Shown: in pieces, positions 38,412 through 47,745 of the stretch
Numbering within the stretch: position 1 is the first letter of the stretch
Layout: the number at the start of each line of letters is the position of its first letter
Assembly (NCBI GenBank): GCA_036170915.1
Contig: JAVHQC010000020.1
Location: 32,001-96,000 of the forward strand
Source of the DNA: Cyanobacteria bacterium auto_48_18
Lineage (GTDB): Bacteria; Cyanobacteriota; Vampirovibrionia; Obscuribacterales; Obscuribacteraceae
Length of the DNA: 64,000 bases
Direction: 5' to 3'
Made by a program: the position numbers and the translations under genes
Notes under the pieces: model-generated
Seen by the model: only the letters and a program-made list of their open reading frames with translations
What the model was told of the DNA's origin: nothing
The model's database searches: none

Positions 38412-39557
38412 GTGATGCTGGCAACCTGGTTTTATCGCAATTTCATCGCTCATTTACTTTTTTTGCTTGACCCGGAAGAAGCGCACGACTTTGTCTTGCA
38501 TCTGGTGCCGGCTTCCGCCGGTATGCTAAAAGTCGGCCGGGAAGCTATTTTTAGCGATGAAGTTTTGAAGGCATGGCCGCGTCTGCAAACAATTATTGCC
38601 GGCTCTAAATTGGCTAATCCGGTGGGAGTGGCAGCTGGTGTTGATAAGAATGCCAAGTATGTTTCATCGTTTCACGAATTTGACTTTGGCTTTATGGAAA
38701 TAGGTTCAGTCACAGCAGACCTGTCAGCGGGTAATGCCAGGCCGAGATTGTTTCGCCTGCCTCAAGATCAGGCAGTGATTAACCGTATGGGCTTAAACGG
38801 AGATGGAGCGAAGAAAATTGCCGCGCGCCTGAATCAGACCCACCAGTCGGGAATGATTCAATTTCCGGTGGCTCTCAATATTGCTAAAAGTAATCTTCCA
38901 GGCTTGCATGGTCAGGCTGCAGTGGCCGACCTGCTTGCATCTTTTGAGCAATTTCAAAATAGCAATTTGCTTTACGTCACTATCAATACCAGTTGTCCCA
39001 ATACCCATGATGGTGCACTAAATGAAGCGTCTGAACTGAAGCTAATTTTACAAGCGATCACAGCGGTTAATAGCAGCCGGTTTCCGCTCTTTCTCAAGCT
39101 TTCACCTGATAGCACTGACGAATTTATGCAGCTGGTGGTGAACTTAAGTAGAGAGTTCGCTGTGGCCGGTTTTGTTTGCGGCAATACTTCTGTGAGCCGC
39201 GCAGGTCTAAGCACTGATGCTACTATTGTGGCCAGATGTGGCATGGGTGGTTTAAGTGGGCCACCGATTAGAGAGCGCATGCTCATTCAGGTGAGTAAAG
39301 TTTATGCCCTTAAAAGCGCAGATCAGCAAATCATCGCCTGTGGTGGCATATCTAGTGCTGTCGATGTGGTGGCCGCCATTGCGGGTGGTGCCTCTGCTGT
39401 GCAGCTTTATACTGCTCTTGTATATCATGGCCCATTTTTAATTATGGAAATGCTTGCCCAACTGGCCCTGGCGTTAGAAAAAGAACAAACATCTGTAGCA
39501 GAACTGGTGGGCAATAGCGCCCTTGGGCAGAGATTAATTGCTCAGCTGACGAAATAG
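38412..39557 (+). CDS. pyrD: Quinone-dependent dihydroorotate dehydrogenase (class 2)
   Basis: DPEEAH, NPVGVAAGVDK, INRMGLNG, NTSCPNT, KLSPD and GGLSG motifs. Confidence 0.92.
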   Translation: MMLATWFYRNFIAHLLFLLDPEEAHDFVLHLVPASAGMLKVGREAIFSDEVLKAWPRLQTIIAGSKLANPVGVAAGVDKNAKYVSSFHEFDFGFMEIGSVTADLSAGNARPRLFRLPQDQAVINRMGLNGDGAKKIAARLNQTHQSGMIQFPVALNIAKSNLPGLHGQAAVADLLASFEQFQNSNLLYVTINTSCPNTHDGALNEASELKLILQAITAVNSSRFPLFLKLSPDSTDEFMQLVVNLSREFAVAGFVCGNTSVSRAGLSTDATIVARCGMGGLSGPPIRERMLIQVSKVYALKSADQQIIACGGISSAVDVVAAIAGGASAVQLYTALVYHGPFLIMEMLAQLALALEKEQTSVAELVGNSALGQRLIAQLTK

Positions 39558-39606
39558 CTTTTGAAGAAAACAATGGTTTTCAGTATTTTTAAATCAGGAG
39601 AAACAA

Positions 39607-40671
39607 ATGAGTGAGACCGGCATAAAGACCAAGGCATACGCCGCTGCATCGGCAGGGAGCGAGTTGGTACCATTTGAAATTAACCGCCGCCAACCCGGAC
39701 CACAAGACGTTCTCATAAAAATCAAGTTCTGCGGCATTTGTCACTCTGATGTTCATCAAGCAAAAGATGAGTGGGGCGGCTCGATTTTCCCCATGGTGCC
39801 CGGACACGAAATAGCAGGCATTGTTGAAAGAGTCGGCGAGCAAGTGACCAAGTTCAAGCCTGGTGACCGTGTAGGTGTAGGCTGTATGGTCGACTCGTGT
39901 AAAACATGCGAATCATGCAACGAAGGGCTAGAGCAATATTGTGAAAAAGGCAATATTCAAACATATAACGCCCTGGCCCTTGACGGTAAAACACCCAACC
40001 TTGGTGGCTATTCAGAGCAAATAACAGTATTGGAGCGCTTTGTAGTTAAGATTCCCGATAGCATTCCGCTCGACAAAGCGGCACCTCTCTTGTGCGCAGG
40101 AATTACGACATACTCACCGCTGAAGCACTGGAAGGCAGGTCCAGGTAAGAACGTGGCTGTTGTCGGCCTGGGCGGATTAGGGCACGTTGCCGTCAAAATC
40201 GCTCATGCCATGGGTGCAAAAGTGACCGTTATAAGCCGCAGCCTCGGTAAGAAAGCAGACGCTGAATTAATGGGGGCAACTGGCTATATAGCTACAAGCG
40301 ATCAAGCTTCAGTTGAGCAAGCAAGTAATAGTTTTGACTTAATCATTAACACCGTCTCGTCGGCAGCAGACATGAATACTTATCTAAACATGTTAAAGCG
40401 CGACGGAGTGATGGTGCTGGTTGGCGCACCGGCTGATCTTCTTCCTGTGCATCCCTTTAGCATAATTCCGAAACGTAAATCGCTTGCCGGATCCACCATC
40501 GGCGGCATCCCTGAAACTCAGGAAATGCTTGATTTTTGTGGACAACATAACCTTGTTGCTGATATAGAAGTGATACCAATCCAACAGGTGAACGAAGCGT
40601 ATGAGCGGCTGCTGAAGAGCGATGTACGTTATCGCTTTGTCATCGACATCGCTTCATTGAGCCTTGCTTAG
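39607..40671 (+). CDS. Zn-dependent NADP alcohol/aldehyde dehydrogenase (CAD/AdhC-like)
   Basis: CGICHSD, GHE, structural Zn Cys cluster, GLGGLG and VRYRFVID motifs. Confidence 0.93.
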   Translation: MSETGIKTKAYAAASAGSELVPFEINRRQPGPQDVLIKIKFCGICHSDVHQAKDEWGGSIFPMVPGHEIAGIVERVGEQVTKFKPGDRVGVGCMVDSCKTCESCNEGLEQYCEKGNIQTYNALALDGKTPNLGGYSEQITVLERFVVKIPDSIPLDKAAPLLCAGITTYSPLKHWKAGPGKNVAVVGLGGLGHVAVKIAHAMGAKVTVISRSLGKKADAELMGATGYIATSDQASVEQASNSFDLIINTVSSAADMNTYLNMLKRDGVMVLVGAPADLLPVHPFSIIPKRKSLAGSTIGGIPETQEMLDFCGQHNLVADIEVIPIQQVNEAYERLLKSDVRYRFVIDIASLSLA

Positions 40672-40685
40672 TCGTTGAGTCTTGC

Positions 40686-41705
40686 TTAGTGGTTGAGTGG
40701 CGCATCCAAATTCTTTTTATAGAATTCTTCAGCCAATAATATGGTTAAAGTGGCCACCGGCACGGCAATCAGGGCGCCGCTTAAACCAAGTAAGCTACCG
40801 CCGGTTATCACTGCCAGCATTACCACAAGCGGGTGCAAGTCAACTTGTTTGCCGAGCAGGGTCGGTACAATAAAATTGCTTTCCAGAGTCTGCTCCACTG
40901 CAAACAAACCAACAGTGGCCCAGCCCATCCATGGTGCTTGTATGAAGCTAATGACGATAGCGAAAACAGCAGTGATCATGGTGCCCACAAATGGCACCAA
41001 ATTTAGCAGACCTGCCAGTACTCCCAAAATCAATGCTTTATCGTTGCCAATCAGAGCGAGGCCAACCCCGATGAAAGTGCCCACCGCCAGGCTGACCATC
41101 ATCTGCCCGCGTACATAGCCCCCCAAACGAATTTCAATGGGCTTAATTAAGCCGGCCCAGCGTTCTCTGTGTGGGGAGGGAATCCAACTAAGCAATGCCG
41201 AATTGATTTCTTTGGCGGCTACTACAAAATAACCGGTAAGAAATAAGATAAATAAGGCATTGATTAATGAACCAAAAACCGAACCCGTGACTTTCAGGAG
41301 TTTACTCAGGGTGCTCATGCTCAACTGCTTAACGTCAGCTGCGGCAATATTGGTGTGAGTAAGATCAGGGCCGCCCATGTCGCTGATTTGGTGGGCCTTG
41401 TCGAGGGCCCAGTCTACATAGCGTGGTGTACTGTCATACAAGCCCCGGGCTTGCTCTTTCAAGACCGGCATAATACCTGCGCCTACGCCTATGTAGAGCG
41501 CCGCCACGAAAACATATATCGCCAGTACTGTGGCAATCCTTGGTATTTTCTTTTTCTCCCAAAGTTCTGCCACTGGTGAAAGCGCTGCTGCCAGAGTTAA
41601 TGCCGCTATCAGGCAAATAATCAAAGCTTGCAGCTGAACAGCAACATAAATGGCGAGACCTGCCAGCACTAAATATAGTACCAACCGCGCGCTATCGTCT
41701 TTCAT
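40686..41705 (-). CDS. AI-2E family transporter
   Basis: Hydrophobic protein with YVRGQ, LNLVPFVG, QTLESNFIVP.L.GK...LHP and G.LIAVP motifs. ATG at 41705 chosen. Confidence 0.9.
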   Translation of the reverse strand: MKDDSARLVLYLVLAGLAIYVAVQLQALIICLIAALTLAAALSPVAELWEKKKIPRIATVLAIYVFVAALYIGVGAGIMPVLKEQARGLYDSTPRYVDWALDKAHQISDMGGPDLTHTNIAAADVKQLSMSTLSKLLKVTGSVFGSLINALFILFLTGYFVVAAKEINSALLSWIPSPHRERWAGLIKPIEIRLGGYVRGQMMVSLAVGTFIGVGLALIGNDKALILGVLAGLLNLVPFVGTMITAVFAIVISFIQAPWMGWATVGLFAVEQTLESNFIVPTLLGKQVDLHPLVVMLAVITGGSLLGLSGALIAVPVATLTILLAEEFYKKNLDAPLNH

Positions 41706-43734
41706 TTGTTTGCTCCAAACTTTGTTTTTTAGTTTCGCTAGTATTAATATCGGGCGACGAATAAGGGCCTGCCAATTCAATCCGGCGCATGGATACCTTT
41801 TGATTAGCAGCGAGTTTAAGGCCGATTTGCTGTGGTTCGGTGCTCAACATATAATTTGGAAGGCCAGTCAAATCATAGGCCGATTCAGCACCTGATTGAG
41901 ATTCTTTGTCGGCACCGACGCTATCAAATTTGCTATTAGGATCCGCTTCAGTGGTGGTGTAGTTGCGTGCTACAACCTTTATTTGAGCAGCATCTTCCCG
42001 ATTTATAAGTAGTCTTAAAAACCACAAGTCGGTGTCGCTGGCAGGGCTTTGTACTTTGAAAGGTAGCCATAATATGGCTGGTTGATCAAAAGTGCGCAGG
42101 CTTGCCAGGCTGTTATAGATTGAAATAAATGGTTTTGCTCTGCTGACATTTTGCCACTGATTTCCTGCTCCAACTTGCCATCCTGAGCCCTTTAACCAGC
42201 TGGCATCGCTGAAGTTAACGAGCAGAGGAGCTCTGTCTCTAGTGTTTATTACCGGCAGCTCAACCATTTTCTGATCGCCATTAAGCCAGAGATAAATTTG
42301 CTTATTTGCTTGCAGCAAAGATGGATTGTAGTGGCCATCGCCTGATAAAAGAAAAAGATCTTGGCTTAAATCTGCCTGACAAAACGGAGGTGCCAGCAGT
42401 CGTTTTAAATTTTCCAACGAGCCTATAGGCATAACGGGGCCGCGAGCTGCTGGCAAATTGGCAAGCAACAATTTCTTGTGCATGGTTTTTAAAACCATTG
42501 CTTGTTTGCGATACGAAGCGACAACTTTACTCGCTTCGATATAAGGTTTGAGATTGAGAGTGAGCAAATAGCTCCACGAGAGATACAAACTAACCACTGC
42601 GGTAAGCCCGCCGACAAAAACAATTTTGGCCCGCTTCCTTGTGGCGTTGCCGGCCTCCAGAGCACAAATGGCAATCAATATTGATAGAGGAGCTGCGCTT
42701 AGAAATGAGTGATTGTTGACACTAAACAATATTGTCGATACTAGCCAGGTCAATAAAATTGCACAAAGTACCACAGAATCTGTTGGGCTCGAATTTATTG
42801 CTCTTTTTGTGTTTCTGGCTGCGGGTGGCTCACCGGCGACTGGACTCGAGAGTTTAAGCAGAAGCACGATTAAACTCGCACCCAGTGGCACTAGAGCGAT
42901 CAAAATATTTTTTGATGTATCTATCTGGTTGACCGGAATCAATACTTGCAAGAAAGTATTTTTGTCGATTTGAGCAAATGCACTGAGCAGGTTATGTGGC
43001 CACAAAAAATATGCGGCAAAACTGAAGAGCCAAAATGGTGCACTGCATTTGATAGCATCTAACAGCGTGTTCTTAGCAAAGGGCGGCACCGCCGGATGCA
43101 TGGCTAGCATTGTTATAACCGCAGCCAGGGTGCAGCAGTGAGCCTGACAAAGCAGGGCTACTGCTGCAAAGGCAAGCGAGAGTACGTAGAATTTGTTTTC
43201 TCCAATTAATCGGTAGCGTAAAAATAGAAAGAGCGAGACTAGATAAAACATAGAGGCCAAGATTTCCTGGCGGCCCATAATTGGTGCCAGTACTTGAGCG
43301 TGCAGTGGGTAAACTGAGAACAACAGACCAGCCCAAACGGCTGTGATGGCGCCATGGCGATTGCCCATGCGGCCGGTTAATTCAAGTGTAATTAAGCTGA
43401 CAAAAATGGAGCAAACAATAGTCAGCAAAATATTGACGCAGTGATAACCGATGCAATTGCTGTGAAAAACAAAATAGTCAATCAGGCACAGGCTCTGAAG
43501 ATTATTCTGCAAAAGAGTAAAAGAGCCGCTTAATGCGCTTGCTATGCTGGTGAGGGCTAAAGTCTCAGATCCGAGTAAGCCTATGATCAGGGTGCTTTCG
43601 AAAGCAATTGCACTTGAGCAAGCAATAAACAGAGCGCCAATGAGCATTTGTGTTTTAGTCGAAGCAAAATCAACTGATGATTTCTCCAGTTGCCTTTTTG
43701 GTGTTTCACTAGTTACTGTTTGCTGAGACGTCAT
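41692..43734 (-). CDS. Multi-pass membrane protein, degenerate GT-C glycosyltransferase paralog
   Basis: YHCVNILL and AGLLFSVYPLH...GR align with the upstream GT-C protein, but the acidic motifs are missing. Confidence 0.7.
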   Translation of the reverse strand: MTSQQTVTSETPKRQLEKSSVDFASTKTQMLIGALFIACSSAIAFESTLIIGLLGSETLALTSIASALSGSFTLLQNNLQSLCLIDYFVFHSNCIGYHCVNILLTIVCSIFVSLITLELTGRMGNRHGAITAVWAGLLFSVYPLHAQVLAPIMGRQEILASMFYLVSLFLFLRYRLIGENKFYVLSLAFAAVALLCQAHCCTLAAVITMLAMHPAVPPFAKNTLLDAIKCSAPFWLFSFAAYFLWPHNLLSAFAQIDKNTFLQVLIPVNQIDTSKNILIALVPLGASLIVLLLKLSSPVAGEPPAARNTKRAINSSPTDSVVLCAILLTWLVSTILFSVNNHSFLSAAPLSILIAICALEAGNATRKRAKIVFVGGLTAVVSLYLSWSYLLTLNLKPYIEASKVVASYRKQAMVLKTMHKKLLLANLPAARGPVMPIGSLENLKRLLAPPFCQADLSQDLFLLSGDGHYNPSLLQANKQIYLWLNGDQKMVELPVINTRDRAPLLVNFSDASWLKGSGWQVGAGNQWQNVSRAKPFISIYNSLASLRTFDQPAILWLPFKVQSPASDTDLWFLRLLINREDAAQIKVVARNYTTTEADPNSKFDSVGADKESQSGAESAYDLTGLPNYMLSTEPQQIGLKLAANQKVSMRRIELAGPYSSPDINTSETKKQSLEQTNERR

Positions 43735-43742
43735 TGGTACTC

Positions 43743-46124
43743 TTAAATGTGAAAATTCAATGGATCGCTAAAATAGCCGATGAGCTTGCCTTCTTCATCT
43801 AGTGCTGCTAGGCGCAGTTGAAAGAAACCGTGACCTTTCAGTCCAGTGAAGGTAATGGGGATGGCACTGCCTTTGAGCTTAGTCAGGGTGCCTGAAAACT
43901 GCGCTTCTTTACTCGGACGATTGTCTCTCAAGCTTCCAGTGTAATGTTCAAACCAACTATTTGGTTTCGACACTTCATAATAGACTGTTGCCGCTCCGGC
44001 CACACTACTGGCATCATAAGAGAAGGCCGCGCGCTCAGCTTGCCCTTTAGGATTGCAAATGCCGTCTACGTCTTCAACCAGGGTAATACCATCACATTTC
44101 AATATGGGGCGATGGCCAGATAGGCTGCCAAAAGCCATGCCGCTTATAGTCAGGCTTTCACCCGGGTCTAAAGCTTGTAAAGATAGAGTGATTTGAGAGA
44201 CATCACCTAGTGCCAGCCACTTTTTGTGCTCCGATACATGAAAACGCAGCAGACCATCTTTAATTTTTGTTAGAGGCAGGCTCAGGGCCGCTTTATTGCC
44301 AAAGTGAGTGCTGGCTTCTAAAACCAGTTGCGCTGTGCTGTTATTTTTTTTGTCGACAGATTTTAGCTCATCAGAGTTTATGCCAGCAGATTTTATGCCA
44401 CTACATTTGATATCTATATAATCCCAATCAATTGCCGTGATTTTAAGAATTGGCGAAAGCAGCACTCTGGTGCTATCAACTAGACCCATGGTTGGAGGGA
44501 CAGCCAAAAGCTTTGTTGCTTGCAGATTTCCTGGTGTCTCACCGCTGTGCAGTGCTACTGGCGAGAGCTGCATATTTTGCCTGTCCCAGCGAACAAACAT
44601 ATTATTGGCGTCGGCGCTTAAAAGCCTCACTCTTGAAATATTTATCAAATCGCTGTCGCCGAATGTTGCCGGCTCGAAGCTCTTTACCCTCTTATAGATA
44701 GCTTCTTTTGTCAGCGGTGGGCTTAGAAGTACCGACATGGTTGCGGCGTTGTAGAGCATATGCGCACCACGATAAGTCTGCGGTACGTTCAATAAGCAAA
44801 GTGACTGATCTGGCGGCATTTGCAAAACTCTTTCTGCTACCGCCTGGCGAAAGCGGCTCACTTCTTGCATTGCGTATGTCCAGGGTTGATTGTTGCCTTG
44901 GGTTATTAGCAACAAAATTGTGCAGAACCAGGCAGCTAAAATCATACGTAAACCATTGATTGGTCGCGCCAAAGCAGCTCCCTCTCCCGGAAAAATCAGC
45001 CAGGCGAAAATTAGAGCGATTGGAGCGGTGCCGTAATAAATCAAACGACCACCCTGCAATGAATCGGTTAAGTTCCATACTTGGTATGTGGGCAAAAGTG
45101 AAAGAGCAAGCCAGCCGAGACCAAAGGCCAGTCCGCGAAGCGCTGCCGATCTTGCTTTAAGAGTGAAAAGCAATACACTGAAATTGACCAGCATAGCCAT
45201 ATAAATAATTTTCAGTTGACCATTAAAGCTATGGCGGGCACCAAATACTTCAATGTTGAACGGATAGAGGATGCGCCAGAGCGAGCCATCTAGCCAGCGC
45301 CGACCGAGGCTCTGTGAGAGGCTTTGACCAACGGATCCTTCGTAGCCTCCAGATATGGTGCCAAGGACGATTAAGCGAAAAACAAAATAACAGAATAAAA
45401 TTATCCAGAATGGCAGCGTTTGCTTTATGGCAAGCTTCAGCCGCTCGAGAGGTTTCAGTGGTTCTTGAGTCAACAAATGAAAAAGCAAAAGTGTGGGTGG
45501 AAGAGTGACAGCCATTTCTTTTGACATCAGACCAAAGATGAAAGCAACCAGGCTGAGCTTGGCTTGCCATGATGACCATTTATCACTCTTCAGATAGAGC
45601 CAGAATGATGCCAGGCAAAAAGTTAGAGCAACACTGTCAACCCTGGCGATAATCCAGTTGACCACTTCACTATGAAGCGGATAGAGGCTAAAAATCAGAC
45701 CAGCAGCCAGGGCTAGATTTTGATTTAGCTGTACTTGCCCCGGCCTGAAAGCCGCGCCGATGCGCCTTACTAAAAGAAAGGTCAGGCAGCTTGCGGCCGT
45801 CTGATAAAGCCAGTTGGTGAGGTGGAAAACAAAAGGATTCGCACCGCCGGCCAGATAATCTATGGCTAGAGTAACTGAAATGAGGGGGCGATAGAAAGTT
45901 GTGCCCTGGGCTTGCATCCAGTTGCCCCAGAAATTGGCCAGAAGAGGTTGAAACTGCTTTGATATAGCGTGATAGAGATAATCTACATGAACAAAGTCGT
46001 CAGCCAAAAAGTAACCATTGAAACAATTGCTGTAGGCAAGCCAGTTGGCCAGAACAATGGTAACAATGGCTAAGACACTGCAAAGGCGGCTTTGTTTGTC
46101 GATGGTAAGGGCGGAAGAATTCAT
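43743..46124 (-). CDS. GT-C fold (TMTC/ArnT-like) membrane glycosyltransferase with a large C-terminal periplasmic domain
   Basis: FLADDF, FYRPL, FHLTN, YPLHSEVV.WI.AR and SKE motifs. ATG at 46124 chosen to avoid overlap with the divergent GH1. Confidence 0.78.
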   Translation of the reverse strand: MNSSALTIDKQSRLCSVLAIVTIVLANWLAYSNCFNGYFLADDFVHVDYLYHAISKQFQPLLANFWGNWMQAQGTTFYRPLISVTLAIDYLAGGANPFVFHLTNWLYQTAASCLTFLLVRRIGAAFRPGQVQLNQNLALAAGLIFSLYPLHSEVVNWIIARVDSVALTFCLASFWLYLKSDKWSSWQAKLSLVAFIFGLMSKEMAVTLPPTLLLFHLLTQEPLKPLERLKLAIKQTLPFWIILFCYFVFRLIVLGTISGGYEGSVGQSLSQSLGRRWLDGSLWRILYPFNIEVFGARHSFNGQLKIIYMAMLVNFSVLLFTLKARSAALRGLAFGLGWLALSLLPTYQVWNLTDSLQGGRLIYYGTAPIALIFAWLIFPGEGAALARPINGLRMILAAWFCTILLLITQGNNQPWTYAMQEVSRFRQAVAERVLQMPPDQSLCLLNVPQTYRGAHMLYNAATMSVLLSPPLTKEAIYKRVKSFEPATFGDSDLINISRVRLLSADANNMFVRWDRQNMQLSPVALHSGETPGNLQATKLLAVPPTMGLVDSTRVLLSPILKITAIDWDYIDIKCSGIKSAGINSDELKSVDKKNNSTAQLVLEASTHFGNKAALSLPLTKIKDGLLRFHVSEHKKWLALGDVSQITLSLQALDPGESLTISGMAFGSLSGHRPILKCDGITLVEDVDGICNPKGQAERAAFSYDASSVAGAATVYYEVSKPNSWFEHYTGSLRDNRPSKEAQFSGTLTKLKGSAIPITFTGLKGHGFFQLRLAALDEEGKLIGYFSDPLNFHI

Positions 46125-46257
46125 ATGCGCTTCTATTATATTGTTGCCAAGTGGCTCTATTGGCTTGAGAGAGCAGATTTGGTTGGAGATAATGCTTAGA
46201 ATGCTTAATACACGAGTAGGCCAATTATTTCTTTCGGCCTGAATTGGAGAGTTTATT

Positions 46258-47655
46258 TTGCTGGGTGACGGTTCGCTCAAATTTCCAGACGGTTTTTTAT
46301 GGGGCGCTGCCACCTCACATTTTCAGGTGGAGGGCCATCCTAAAGAAATCGAGTCTCGTCTTTCTGACTGGGCTCTATGGACTAACGAATCTGGTCGTAT
46401 TTCAGACAGCACATCTGCAGACAAGGCTTGCGAATTTTATCAGCGATATGAAGATGACATCGCCTTAATTCGCGACATGAATCTCAATGCTTTTCGACTT
46501 TCTTTTAACTGGCCTGCCCTTTTGCAAGAACCACCTGGCACTCGAGTGGCCCCCAGCCACCTTGATCCTGAACAGGTTGAGTATTACCGCCGCATTCTTA
46601 CCAGCTTAAAGGAAAGTGGAGTTACTACTTTCGCCACTTTGTTTCACTTCACTTTGCCCGACTGGCTGGCAGCAGCCGGCGGATGGACTTCCGCCTATGC
46701 CGTCAGTGAGTTCAAGCGTTTCACCGAGCTCTTAGTCGCGGAGTTCAGCGATCTGGTCGACTACTGGATTACCATCAACGAACCTCTGGCATACGCATAC
46801 CAGAGTTATGTCGCAGGTGCCTGGCCACCAGGCACTAAGTACGATTATCTTTCAGCTTTCAAATGCGTGCGTCGCATGTTGGAAGGACACACTGCGGCTT
46901 ACGACGCCATTAAGGCCGTCAACCCTAACGCCCAGGTGAGCTATACGCTTCACTGGCGGCCCTTCATGCCCAAAAATCCACTTAACCCACTTGATCACAT
47001 GGTGCGCTTCTATCGTGATTTTACTTTCAATCAGCTCTTCTCCAGCTCGGTGGAAAGCGGCGAAGTGAAATTTCCTTTTCCTTTAAACACCAATAAAGAG
47101 ATTATTTCCATTTCGGGTGCCATAGAGGGCTTGAAGGGTAAATGCGATTATCTGGCGGTCAACTATTACACGCGCGAGCTCTCACGCTTCAGACCGTCCT
47201 GGCCCATCGATATCTTTGGTGAAAGCTCACCTGAGACAGAGCTGGCAGTTAATGAAATTGGCTGGGAGGTTTATCCGCAAGGGCTTTTCGATTTACTTAC
47301 TAAAGATACTCTGTGCTATCAGTTTAATACTGACGGCTCGCGCCGGCCGGTAATTATTACCGAGAATGGCTATGCCAGCTTGTTTGCTGCTGATCTGGAC
47401 CAGGGCGATTGGTCTCTAGCCGATCAGAAACGGGTTGATTATCTAGAGGCACATCTAAAAGAAATGCACCGTGCCATTGCCAGTGGTGTTGACGTAAAGG
47501 GCTATCTTCACTGGTCTTTGCTGGATAATTTTGAATGGGCGGAAGGTTTAAAAGCGCGCTTTGGTTTGATTCGAGTGAGCTATCCCAGTCAACAGAGAAT
47601 TTTAAGAGCCAGTGCTAAAGTTTATGCTTCAATCGCAAAAAACAACGCTCTCTAA
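46258..47655 (+). CDS. Glycoside hydrolase family 1 (beta-glucosidase)
   Basis: FPDGFLWGAATS..Q.EG, TINEP acid/base, ITENG nucleophile and WSLLDNFEW motifs. Confidence 0.95.
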   Translation: MLGDGSLKFPDGFLWGAATSHFQVEGHPKEIESRLSDWALWTNESGRISDSTSADKACEFYQRYEDDIALIRDMNLNAFRLSFNWPALLQEPPGTRVAPSHLDPEQVEYYRRILTSLKESGVTTFATLFHFTLPDWLAAAGGWTSAYAVSEFKRFTELLVAEFSDLVDYWITINEPLAYAYQSYVAGAWPPGTKYDYLSAFKCVRRMLEGHTAAYDAIKAVNPNAQVSYTLHWRPFMPKNPLNPLDHMVRFYRDFTFNQLFSSSVESGEVKFPFPLNTNKEIISISGAIEGLKGKCDYLAVNYYTRELSRFRPSWPIDIFGESSPETELAVNEIGWEVYPQGLFDLLTKDTLCYQFNTDGSRRPVIITENGYASLFAADLDQGDWSLADQKRVDYLEAHLKEMHRAIASGVDVKGYLHWSLLDNFEWAEGLKARFGLIRVSYPSQQRILRASAKVYASIAKNNAL

Positions 47656-47745
47656 GGAATAAAACTGCTCTGGGCGCGTTTTACTTATGGAGCAACTAAA
47701 TATAAGAAGCGCTAAAATGACCATATACAAGCGAGGCCGCAGACA

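Noticed and set aside
46125..46313. Head-to-head overlap of the GT-C and GH1 genes
   Set aside because: An artefact of longest-ORF start choice. ATG at 46124 removes the overlap.
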